Source: Actinomycetota bacterium (GTDB lineage Bacteria; Actinomycetota; Thermoleophilia; Gaiellales; F1-60-MAGs149). From it: a DNA stretch of 64,000 bases. Below the pieces are notes generated by a model. That model did no database searches and was not told where the DNA came from. It worked only from the letters and a program-made list of their open reading frames with translations. The stretch is from NCBI GenBank assembly GCA_026392355.1, contig JAPLCF010000030.1, positions 522,259 to 586,258 of the forward strand. The letters run 5' to 3'. How positions within the stretch are numbered: position 1 is the stretch's first letter; each line of letters starts with the position of its first letter. This document shows positions 30,561 through 38,536 of the stretch, piece by piece. Both the position numbers and the translations under genes were made by a program.

Positions 30561-30832
30561 GACGACGCGAAGGCCCTGAGGTGGCTCGGTCCGAAGGGAC
30601 CGATTCACCTCAGGGTCATCGCGTCGCCCTGTCGAGACATGCGGCATGCACGCATTCCGCGCCTGATCTCCTGAGGCGACGCGATGTCCTCGAGGTGAAT
30701 CGGTCCCTTCGGAACATTGCCGCGGCCGTAGGCGCCCGGCAATGCAAGGGTCACTCTTCAGCGAGTCGTGCGCAGCACGGCTCCCCTGAAGACGTCACCC
30801 CCTCCGAGCCACCTCGAGGACTTCGCGTCGCC
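30560..30832. repeat. MITE-like palindromic element family 1, copy carrying a nested ~90-nt insertion
   Basis: Left end TGACGACGCGAAGGCCCTGAGGTGGCTCGGTCCGAAGGGACCGATTCACCTC. In the right hairpin, GAGGTGAATCGGTCCCTTCGGA is split from CCGAGCCACCTCGAGGACTTCGCGTCG by about 90 nt (30714-30803) containing its own hairpins. The right end abuts the stop codon of the minus-strand membrane gene. Confidence 0.85.
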
Positions 30833-31719
30833 TACGACACCGACGCGATCAGCACGAGCAGCGTGCCGAGGATGCTCCACAGCGGTACCGTGCCGCGCTC
30901 TGCACGCCAGGCACCCACGATCGCGACGATCACGGCGGTGAACACCATCACGTCCACGCGCGCGCCTATCTGGATTTCCCCGAAGGTGATGGCGAGGATC
31001 ACGACGAAACCCAGGAGTTCGTGCTGGGTGGTGCGGTGTGCACCCCGGGCGTTGAGGATCAGGAGAATCCCCAGCAGGGCGAAGGCATACGCGGCCATGT
31101 GCCAGTCGACGACAAGCGAGGCGAGCACATACCCGACGGGCAGCACGAGGATCAACGCGGGCAGCAGGCGCTTGGCACGCCCCTCGAGCGCGACCGACGG
31201 GTGCTCGGGGCTAGGCCAGACGCGATCAAGCAGCAGTAGGTACAGCCCGCCGCCGATCAGCGAGGCGATCAGCAGCTCGATCGCCGACCGCAGCCCGTCG
31301 GACGAGCCCGATCCGATCAAGAGCCCCACGATCGGCACGAGTGCGATCGTCGCCATCGAGCGATCGACCTTGCGGGCGAACGCGAAGAACCCGCCCACGA
31401 GCAGCAGCAGGAGCACCAGCACGACCGCGTGGTTCTGGACGAGGGCGCCGATCGCCGCAGCGAGCCCGATCAGGACCGCAATACCGATCACCTGCGCGCG
31501 CCGCGCGATGCCGTAGCCCGGCGGACCCATCAGCAGGATTAGCAGTGCACTGGCGGCCGCAATGGCGCCAAGTGGGTGCGCGCCAGCCGACGTGCCGGCC
31601 GCGAACGGGGCCCCGACGACCACACCGAAGCGCAGCGCGAGCTGCCAGCGTGCCGGAAAGTGCTCGCGCAGCGCCGCTAGGGCAGATCGTGTCTCCACCG
31701 CCTCCATCACCGACAGCAT
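30832..31719 (-). CDS. polytopic membrane protein, family not recognised
   Basis: 295 aa from MLSVMEAVETRSAL..., with at least 7 hydrophobic segments. The upstream 217 codons of the 512-aa ORF are antisense to the IclR gene and were discarded. Confidence 0.6.
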   Translation of the reverse strand: MLSVMEAVETRSALAALREHFPARWQLALRFGVVVGAPFAAGTSAGAHPLGAIAAASALLILLMGPPGYGIARRAQVIGIAVLIGLAAAIGALVQNHAVVLVLLLLLVGGFFAFARKVDRSMATIALVPIVGLLIGSGSSDGLRSAIELLIASLIGGGLYLLLLDRVWPSPEHPSVALEGRAKRLLPALILVLPVGYVLASLVVDWHMAAYAFALLGILLILNARGAHRTTQHELLGFVVILAITFGEIQIGARVDVMVFTAVIVAIVGAWRAERGTVPLWSILGTLLVLIASVS

Positions 31720-31743
31720 ACGAGACCGGGTACCATTGCCGAC

Positions 31744-32502
31744 ATGGCAACACCCGGCCGACCCGTCGCCGCCGTCGAGCGCGCGCTCCTTGTGCTCGAG
31801 ATTCTGGCCGACGCGCCTGAGCCGCTGGGCGTGAACGACATCGCTCGCCGCCTTGACGTCTCCCCCTCGTCGGCCTCGCGCCTGCTTGGCACGCTCGCCG
31901 GCCACGGACTCGTCGAGAAGGTCGAGGCGACCGGCCGCTACCGCCTCGGCGTACGCCTGTTGCAACTGGGTACGCACGTGCTGCAGCGCCTCGACGTCCG
32001 CACCGTCGCTCGCCCCATCCTCGACGAGGTGGAGGCCGCAACGGGCGAGACGGCCACGCTCTCGCTCGCTGCTGCTGGCGAAGGTGTGACCGTCGATCAT
32101 GTCCCCAGTCGCCGTAGCGTGCGCTCTGCGGCCCTTGTGGGACGCCCGAGCGTCGCGCATGCCACTGCCGTGGGCAAAGTCGTGCTCGCGTTCGGCCGTG
32201 GCACGCAGACCGAACTGCCCACGCAGCTCGCGGCCTTCACGTCCCGCACGATCACCGATCCATCCGTCCTGGCCGCTGCCGTCGACGAGGTGCGTGAGCG
32301 TGGCTGGGGTGAGGCCGACGAGGAGCGCGAAGAGGATCTCGCCGCGATCGCCGTCCCCGTCTTCGACCACACGGGCGGTCTCGTGGCGATCCTTGGCGTG
32401 CAGGGCCCCAGCGACCGCTTCGACGCGGACGCACGCCGCGCCGCGCTGCCAGCGCTCCAGACGGCCGCGCGCGAGCTCGGACGCCTACTCGGCGCGCTCT
32501 AG
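31744..32502 (+). CDS. IclR-family transcriptional regulator
   Basis: N-terminal wHTH VERALLVLEILADAPEPLGVNDIARRLDVSPSSASRLLGTLAGHGLVEK and a C-terminal IclR effector domain (ERGWGEADEEREEDLAAIAVPVFD). It diverges from the membrane gene across a 24-bp gap. Confidence 0.85.
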   Translation: MATPGRPVAAVERALLVLEILADAPEPLGVNDIARRLDVSPSSASRLLGTLAGHGLVEKVEATGRYRLGVRLLQLGTHVLQRLDVRTVARPILDEVEAATGETATLSLAAAGEGVTVDHVPSRRSVRSAALVGRPSVAHATAVGKVVLAFGRGTQTELPTQLAAFTSRTITDPSVLAAAVDEVRERGWGEADEEREEDLAAIAVPVFDHTGGLVAILGVQGPSDRFDADARRAALPALQTAARELGRLLGAL

Positions 32503-33107
32503 CCTCGGGCGTCGCGCCAGAGGCCGGCGAAGTCCGGACACCCGGTCGGCCCCGTGACTCGCTGGATCACCCGGAAGCCGTGCCGCTCGTACATGGCGAT
32601 GTTGCGTGGGTTGCTCGACTCGAGGTAGGCGCTGGCGCCCTCAGCGTCGATCAAAGCGAGATTGTGCTGCAACAGGGCCTGCCCATAGGCGTTGCCACGC
32701 GCCACAGGCTCCGTCGCGAACAGGCTCAGGTAGAAGTGCGGCTCGTCGTGGGGATGGCTGGCATCCAGCGTCTCGAAGAGTTCCAACACGGGCGTCGCAC
32801 CATCGCCGAGCAGGTCTACGAGCAGCGGCTCGAACCGCGCCGTCCCCTCTTCCGAGAGCTCTGTGCCATCGGGCGGGATCCAGCACGTCGTCGTGGAGTC
32901 GTCAGCGGCGAGAAACGTCCACGGGTAGCGAATCGCCTCCGCCACGCAAAACCCCCAGAACGCCTGCTGCTGCGCGAGGCGCTTGCCGTCATCCGGAAAG
33001 GCCCAGGCCCACAGCGGATCGTCGTGGAACCCGCACGCGAACACCAGCGCCGCGGCATCAACGTCGTCAGCGGTGACAACCCGGACATCGGTGAGGTGCC
33101 CGCTCAT
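32499..33107 (-). CDS. GNAT-family acetyltransferase (putative)
   Basis: From MSGHLTDVRVVTADDVDAA...; C-terminal acetyl-CoA-site-like region LFATEPVARGNAYGQALLQH...YLESSNPRNIAMYERHGF. Its stop overlaps the IclR stop (CTAG). Confidence 0.65.
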   Translation of the reverse strand: MSGHLTDVRVVTADDVDAAALVFACGFHDDPLWAWAFPDDGKRLAQQQAFWGFCVAEAIRYPWTFLAADDSTTTCWIPPDGTELSEEGTARFEPLLVDLLGDGATPVLELFETLDASHPHDEPHFYLSLFATEPVARGNAYGQALLQHNLALIDAEGASAYLESSNPRNIAMYERHGFRVIQRVTGPTGCPDFAGLWRDARG

Positions 33108-33164
33108 GACACGAAGTATGCCCGGACGACCGAGTCGCCACGATGGTCGTCCCGCCGCTGTCGA

Positions 33165-33207
33165 CCCCGAAAACGCCTCGGGGCGGGTCCGAAGACCCGC
33201 CCCGAGG
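33165..33207 (-). terminator. terminator of the GS-like/mgs-like operon
   Basis: On the minus strand: CCTCGGGGCGGGTC-ttcg-GACCCGCCCCGAGG followed by CGTTTTCGG. Confidence 0.75.
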
Positions 33208-33237
33208 GACAAACGACGTGCTGGTGGAACCGAGGGA

Positions 33238-33699
33238 CTAGTGGCCCTGCGGCGACTCCCAGCCCGGGAGGACCGACGGCTTCCAATCGGTGCCGACGAT
33301 ACGCGAGTTCTTGACCCACGGCCCGAGCTCGGGCTGCGGGAACTTCGCGTGCGCCTCCTTCAGCTTGATGCCGTAGGAGTTGCCGCTCTGGAGGTGCTTA
33401 AGCAGCACCTTGCGCGCGACCTCGTTCTCCTGACCCTTCGGAATCTCGAAGTAGATCTTGATGAACGAGTTCGAGTACCGATCGAAGACGGCGGGAACGC
33501 CGTCCTCCTGGAGCAGCTCAATATCCTCGAGCCAGTTGATGTCCTGGCCCGGCGTCGACTCCATCAGATCGACATCAGCGCTGGCGTTGATGTCCTCCTG
33601 GTAGTCGAAGCGCTTGCCGGCCAGGTACTCGGCGGAGATGCCGATGGTCAGCTCGGGATTGTGTCGCTCAGTAGCGATGTTGGTCGTTGCTTCAGACAT
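33238..33699 (-). CDS. hypothetical acidic protein (153 aa), last gene of the mgs-like operon
   Basis: MSEATTNIATERHNPELTIGISAEYLAGKRFDYQEDINASADVDLMES... The ATG lies 8 nt after the upstream stop with GGAGTCAG between them. Third codon positions are GC-rich. I recognise no family. Confidence 0.6.
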   Translation of the reverse strand: MSEATTNIATERHNPELTIGISAEYLAGKRFDYQEDINASADVDLMESTPGQDINWLEDIELLQEDGVPAVFDRYSNSFIKIYFEIPKGQENEVARKVLLKHLQSGNSYGIKLKEAHAKFPQPELGPWVKNSRIVGTDWKPSVLPGWESPQGH

Positions 33700-33707
33700 G
33701 CTGACTC

Positions 33708-35153
33708 CTAGTCGCCCTGCGTCGCAGCCGGCGTGCTCTGCGGCATGTAGTCGACGGGATTCACGAGATGGCGCTCGAGGAGCGTCTTGATCTCGTTCAG
33801 GGTCTTCTCCTCGGTGACACCCGGGATGTACCGGGTACCGGCGAGCGGAACCTTGGCCATCGCAGCCGCCTCGACCGTGAGGGCCGCGAGGTCCTCCGGC
33901 TCCAGCGAGTGGATGTTGGTCTTGCCGCACGCGCGGGCCAGCATCTGGACCTCGAGCGTCATCGTGTGCAGGAAGTTGTAGACCCGCTCAGCGGCCTCGT
34001 CGACGACGAGACGCTTGCGCAGCTCCAGGTCCTGGGTGGCGACGCCAACCGGGCAGCGGCCCGTGTGGCAGTGGTAGCACTCGCCTGCGGGGACACCAAC
34101 GGTGCCCTCGTAGTCGGTGACACCCGGGATCTCCTTGTTGCAGTTCAGCGCCATCAGCGACGAGTGGCCAATTGCCACAGCCTTGGCACCGAGTGCGATG
34201 CACTTGGCGACGTCGGCACCGTTGCGGATACCGCCAGCGACGACGAGATCGATCTCGTCAGCCAGACCGACGTCCTCGAGGGCGCGACGCGCCTCGGGGA
34301 TAGCCGCCATCAGCGGAATACCGGTCTCCTCGGTGGCGATGTGCGGACCGGCACCGGTGCCGCCCTCTGCGCCGTCGAGGTAGATGACGTCAGGGCCACA
34401 CTTCGCAGCCATGCGCACATCGTCGTAGACACGGCTGGCGCCGAGCTTGAGCTGAATCGGGATCTGGTAGTCCGTGGCCTCACGGACCTCCTGGATCTTG
34501 AGGCTCAGGTCGTCCGGGCCCATCCAGTCAGGATGGCGCGCCGGCGAGCGCTGGTCGATGCCGGCGGGCAGGGAGCGCATCTCTGCGACCTGCTCCGTCA
34601 CCTTCTGGCCCATCAGGTGGCCGCCGAGGCCCACCTTGCAGCCCTGGCCGATGAAGAACTCGACCGCATCCGCGCACATCAGGTGATGCGGGTTGAAGCC
34701 GTAGCGGCTCTGGATGCACTGGTAGTACCACTTCGTCGACAGGTCGCGCTCCGGCGGAATCATGCCGCCCTCACCCGAGCAGGTCGCCGTACCGGCCATC
34801 GAGGCGCCCTTGGCCAGAGCCATCTTCGCCTCGAGGGACAGTGCGCCGAAGCTCATGCCCGTGATGTAGATCGGGATGTCGAGCTCCATCGGCTTCTTGG
34901 CGAAGCGCGCACCGATAACCGTCTTGGTGACGCACTTCTCGCGGTAGCCCTCGATCACGAAACGGGTCAGAGTGCCCGGCATGAACATGAGCTGATCCCA
35001 GTGCGGGATCGGCTTGAACATGGAGAAGCCACGCATGCGGTAGCGACCCAGCTCGGCCTTCATGTGGATGTCGTTCATCACCTCAGGGGTGAAGATCGGG
35101 CTCCGGCCGAGAACTGCGCGCTTGCGCTCGATTTCTTTGGTGTTATCGCTCAT
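33708..35153 (-). CDS. glutamate-synthase FMN-binding-domain protein (MgsC/GlxD-like)
   Basis: 481 aa with a GltB domain-2 pattern: ITGMSFGALSLEAKMALAKGA, YLDGAEGGTGAGP, VVAGGIRNGADVAKCIALGA, CHTGRCPVGVATQD. Confidence 0.88.
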   Translation of the reverse strand: MSDNTKEIERKRAVLGRSPIFTPEVMNDIHMKAELGRYRMRGFSMFKPIPHWDQLMFMPGTLTRFVIEGYREKCVTKTVIGARFAKKPMELDIPIYITGMSFGALSLEAKMALAKGASMAGTATCSGEGGMIPPERDLSTKWYYQCIQSRYGFNPHHLMCADAVEFFIGQGCKVGLGGHLMGQKVTEQVAEMRSLPAGIDQRSPARHPDWMGPDDLSLKIQEVREATDYQIPIQLKLGASRVYDDVRMAAKCGPDVIYLDGAEGGTGAGPHIATEETGIPLMAAIPEARRALEDVGLADEIDLVVAGGIRNGADVAKCIALGAKAVAIGHSSLMALNCNKEIPGVTDYEGTVGVPAGECYHCHTGRCPVGVATQDLELRKRLVVDEAAERVYNFLHTMTLEVQMLARACGKTNIHSLEPEDLAALTVEAAAMAKVPLAGTRYIPGVTEEKTLNEIKTLLERHLVNPVDYMPQSTPAATQGD

Positions 35154-35170
35154 CAGTAATCCCCCTTTTC

Positions 35171-35962
35171 CTAGAGAACGAGCTTGCGCTCGGACGCCTC
35201 AAGGCTGTCGTAGTTATAGAGCTTCTTGCCGCAGACGAACTTCTGAAAGGCCGGGGGCGTGCCTAGTTCGTAGATGCGGAACTTGCGGTCGATGAACTCG
35301 GTGTCCGCGTCGGTCCACTCGCCGGGGACGCAGTCGATCCCAAGGGACCGAACCTTGCCGCCGACGTAGATGATGCCGTCGTACATCGAGTCACCGAGAC
35401 CATGGCCGGCGTCGCCGCAGATGACCTGACGGCCACGCTGCATCATGAAGCCGGTGTTGGCGCCGACGGAGCCCATCGTGAGGATGGTCCCGCCCTTCTG
35501 ATCGATGCCGGTGCGGGCGCCGAGGCGACCCTTGATGATCAGGTCGCCACCGCGCATCGCGGCACCCGTCAGGGAGCCAGCGTTGCCTTCGACGACCACG
35601 GTGCCGCTCATCATGTTCTCGCACGAGGACCAGCCGACGCGACCCTTGATGTGCACCTCGGGACCGTCGATGACGCCGCAGCCGAAGTAGCCGAGGCTGC
35701 CCTCGAACGTAATCTTGCAGCGGGTCAGGATGCCGACACCCAGCGAGTGCTTGGCGCCGGGGTTCTTGACGGTGACGTCAGTGATCCCCTGCTCGTTGAT
35801 CAGCCAGCGCAGCTCCAGATTGATCTGGCGCGTGGTCAGATCGTTCGCGTCGAACTCGGCCTTCGTGCCGTCAATGCTCGAGACCTTAGGGACCTCAGCA
35901 TTGGGCTCAACGAGACCGCGTGCGTCGTAGACGATCTGGCTTTCACCGGTCAGCGCGTCCAT
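35171..35962 (-). CDS. GXGXG-motif domain protein (glutamate synthase C-terminal-domain-like; MgsB/GlxC-like)
   Basis: 263 aa with repeated beta-helix Gly motifs ([58 protein letters not shown]...). Confidence 0.85.
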   Translation of the reverse strand: MDALTGESQIVYDARGLVEPNAEVPKVSSIDGTKAEFDANDLTTRQINLELRWLINEQGITDVTVKNPGAKHSLGVGILTRCKITFEGSLGYFGCGVIDGPEVHIKGRVGWSSCENMMSGTVVVEGNAGSLTGAAMRGGDLIIKGRLGARTGIDQKGGTILTMGSVGANTGFMMQRGRQVICGDAGHGLGDSMYDGIIYVGGKVRSLGIDCVPGEWTDADTEFIDRKFRIYELGTPPAFQKFVCGKKLYNYDSLEASERKLVL

Positions 35963-36879
35963 ACCATCACCTCACCCTCATACGGATCGTACGTGTCAAT
36001 TTCATGGTCGATAATCGCGCGGATCGCCATCTCTTCCGAAGCCATCGCGATCATGTTCTCGCCCTCGAAGAGGACCAGCGGCTTCGCCGCCATCTCGTCC
36101 TTCGCGACGCCAAGCGCGTCGGCCGTCACGCAGATGTACGTGAACACGCCGTCGAGCTCGTCGAGGCTCTTCTCCATCGCCTCTTTGAGACCCATGCCCT
36201 CGCTCATCTTCTCCGCCAGGTAGACGGCGATGATCTCCGAGTCGCACTCGGAGTTGAAGCGATGGCCCGAGCGCTCGAGGCGACGACGCCACTGGAAGTA
36301 GTTCGTCAGCTGGCCGTTATGCACCACGGCGATGTCGCTGAACGGGTACGCCCAGTAGGGATGCGCGCCCGAGATGTCCACGTCGGACTCGGTTGCCATG
36401 CGGACATGGCCGATGGCGTGCGTGCCCTGGAACTGCTCGAGGTGGTACTGCGCGCAGACGGACTCGGCGTCGCCGAGGTCCTTGATGATCTCAAGCGAGT
36501 GACCCAGCGAGAGGACCTCGCAGTCCGGGATGTCCTCGATCTGGTCGGCGAGCTTCTTCAGATCGTCGGTGTAGTCCAGCGTGAGGCGGAACGCGTAATC
36601 CGTCTCCTGCACGCACGTGACAATCTTCGCGCCCAGACCGGCCAGACGGCGCTCGGCCTCGGCGCGATTGCGCTTCAGGCGGTCCTGGAACTCGAAGTCA
36701 CGCGGCGTCGTGGTGTTCGCCGTCGTGTAGCGCATGACGACGTTCTCCGTCGGCTCTGCGTACAGCGCGTAGCCGGTCGAGTCCGGGCCGCGATGCTTCA
36801 TGGACTGCAACATGCGGGTCATGTCCTGACCCACATTGTGGTGTCCATCCTTGTAGATGATTCCTGCGATTCCGCACAC
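35950..36879 (-). CDS. class-II glutamine amidotransferase domain protein (MgsA/GlxB-like)
   Basis: N-terminal nucleophile MCGIAGIIYKDG..., GHVRMATESD, VVHNGQLTNY. Confidence 0.88.
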   Translation of the reverse strand: MCGIAGIIYKDGHHNVGQDMTRMLQSMKHRGPDSTGYALYAEPTENVVMRYTTANTTTPRDFEFQDRLKRNRAEAERRLAGLGAKIVTCVQETDYAFRLTLDYTDDLKKLADQIEDIPDCEVLSLGHSLEIIKDLGDAESVCAQYHLEQFQGTHAIGHVRMATESDVDISGAHPYWAYPFSDIAVVHNGQLTNYFQWRRRLERSGHRFNSECDSEIIAVYLAEKMSEGMGLKEAMEKSLDELDGVFTYICVTADALGVAKDEMAAKPLVLFEGENMIAMASEEMAIRAIIDHEIDTYDPYEGEVMVWTR

Positions 36880-36933
36880 GGTGATCTCTGCCCTCGTTGC
36901 GTCGTGGTTTTAGTGTTATTACTCGACTCCGCC

Positions 36934-38331
36934 CTACGGGAGGATGTCGAGGTACTCCTGAACGTCCCATTCGGTGACGGTGGCGCAGTAGCGCTCCCAC
37001 TCGTCCCGCTTGTAATGACTGAACACCCGGTACATATCGCCGGGCAGTGCGGCCTTGATGACCTCATCCTGATCGAGGGCATCGAGCGCCTCGCCGAGCG
37101 TCATCGGAATCTTCTTGACTTCCTTGCCGGCGTTCATGGCGTCGTAGATGTTGCGCTCCTCCGGCTGGCCCGGATCGATCTTGTTGTCGATGCCGTCACG
37201 CATGGCAGCAATCAGACAGGTGAGCGACAGGTACGGGTTGACGGCCGAGTCGACCGAGCGGTACTCGAAGCGACCCGGAGCCGAGACGCGCAGCGCCGTC
37301 GTGCGGTTCTGGAAGCCCCAGTCCGCGAAGACCGGTGCCCAGAAGCCCGTGTCCCAGAGGCGGCGGTACGAGTTGACCGTCGGCGACGAGATGGCGGTCA
37401 GGGCGCCGAGGTGCTTGAGGATGCCACCGATTGCCCAGAGGCCAATGTCGCCAGGCATCATCGGGTTGGCCGGGTCGGGCGCGTCGAACATGTTCTGATC
37501 GCCCTTCCAGATCGAGATGTTGTGATGGCAGCCATTGGCCGAGACGCCCATGAACGGCTTCGGCATGAAGCACGGGAACGCGTCCATCTCGCGACCGACC
37601 TGCTTGCAGATCTGGCGGTACGTCGTGAGATTGTCGGCCGTCACCTCGGCACGATCAAAGTTGAAGTTCAGCTCGAGCTGGCCCGGGGCGTCCTCGTGGT
37701 CGCCCTGGATCATGTCGAGGCCCAGACCCGCGGCGTACTCCATGACCTTGTGGATCAGCGGCTGGAACTCGGAGAACTGGTCGATGTGGTAGCAGAAGGG
37801 CTTCGAGAGGCCCTCAACCGACGGCGTGCCGTCCGGGTTGTTCTTCAGCCACATCATCTCGGGCTCGGTGCCGGCCTTGAGGTGCATGCCGGTCTCGGCC
37901 TCAAACGCCGCCTGCGTGCGCTTGAGCAGGCCGCGGCAGTCGGAGGTCAGGTACGCGCCAGGATCGACGTCTTCCTCGCGCCCACGGAACAGGGTGCAGA
38001 AGACGCGACCGACCTTGGGATCCCACGGCAGCTGCGCGAAGGTCTCGGGGTCGGGCAGACCCACCAACTCGCGCGACTCTGGGCCGTAGCCGATGTACTC
38101 GCCATGACGGTCGACGAACAGGTTCGCCGTGGCGCCGTAGACGAGCTGGAAGCCCTTGCGGGCCATGCTCTCCCAGTGCTTCGCGGGGACACCCTTGCCC
38201 ATGATCCGGCCGGTCACCGACGCGAACTGGTAGTAGATGTACTCGATGCCCTGGGCATCAATCTGACGACGTACCTCCTTGACCTGGTCGTCTCGACCCG
38301 GTGCTGCGAGGTAGTTCTCCATATCCGTCAT
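36934..38331 (-). CDS. glutamine-synthetase-fold ligase (type III GS/GlnT / gamma-glutamylmethylamide synthetase-like)
   Basis: 465 aa: GTEPEMMWL, QGDHEDAPGQLELNFNF, FMPKPFMGVSANGCHHNISIW, NSYRRL, NRTTALRVS, EYRSVDSAVNPYL. It is the first gene of the operon with the GATase/GXGXG/FMN genes. Confidence 0.9.
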   Translation of the reverse strand: MTDMENYLAAPGRDDQVKEVRRQIDAQGIEYIYYQFASVTGRIMGKGVPAKHWESMARKGFQLVYGATANLFVDRHGEYIGYGPESRELVGLPDPETFAQLPWDPKVGRVFCTLFRGREEDVDPGAYLTSDCRGLLKRTQAAFEAETGMHLKAGTEPEMMWLKNNPDGTPSVEGLSKPFCYHIDQFSEFQPLIHKVMEYAAGLGLDMIQGDHEDAPGQLELNFNFDRAEVTADNLTTYRQICKQVGREMDAFPCFMPKPFMGVSANGCHHNISIWKGDQNMFDAPDPANPMMPGDIGLWAIGGILKHLGALTAISSPTVNSYRRLWDTGFWAPVFADWGFQNRTTALRVSAPGRFEYRSVDSAVNPYLSLTCLIAAMRDGIDNKIDPGQPEERNIYDAMNAGKEVKKIPMTLGEALDALDQDEVIKAALPGDMYRVFSHYKRDEWERYCATVTEWDVQEYLDILP

Positions 38332-38536
38332 CGCGGTACCACTCTCCTCTCCCTTTATCCCCCGAGCGTCCTCGGTGGTCCGAGCGTCCCCGGACTGCTA
38401 GAAACGTAAGCGCGAGCGTACCGCGCGGCAATGTTCCGGGTAGGCACTCCGCGCGGCCCCAACAGGATGATTCGCACATAGTCATTTTCAGCATTGCCGT
38501 GATTCGTTCCGGATTGTGGGACAAAACGGCCTCTAA

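Noticed and set aside
35920-38409. 829-aa plus-strand ORF
   Set aside because: It is antisense to the GATase-II and GS-like genes, whose own translations carry clear catalytic motifs. It is a shadow ORF.
38332-38536. Sigma-54 promoter (TGGCAC-N5-TTGC) in front of the GS-like operon, as in proteobacterial nitrogen-regulated genes
   Set aside because: No match to the -24/-12 consensus on the minus strand. The regulator next door is PucR-type, not an enhancer-binding AAA+ protein.
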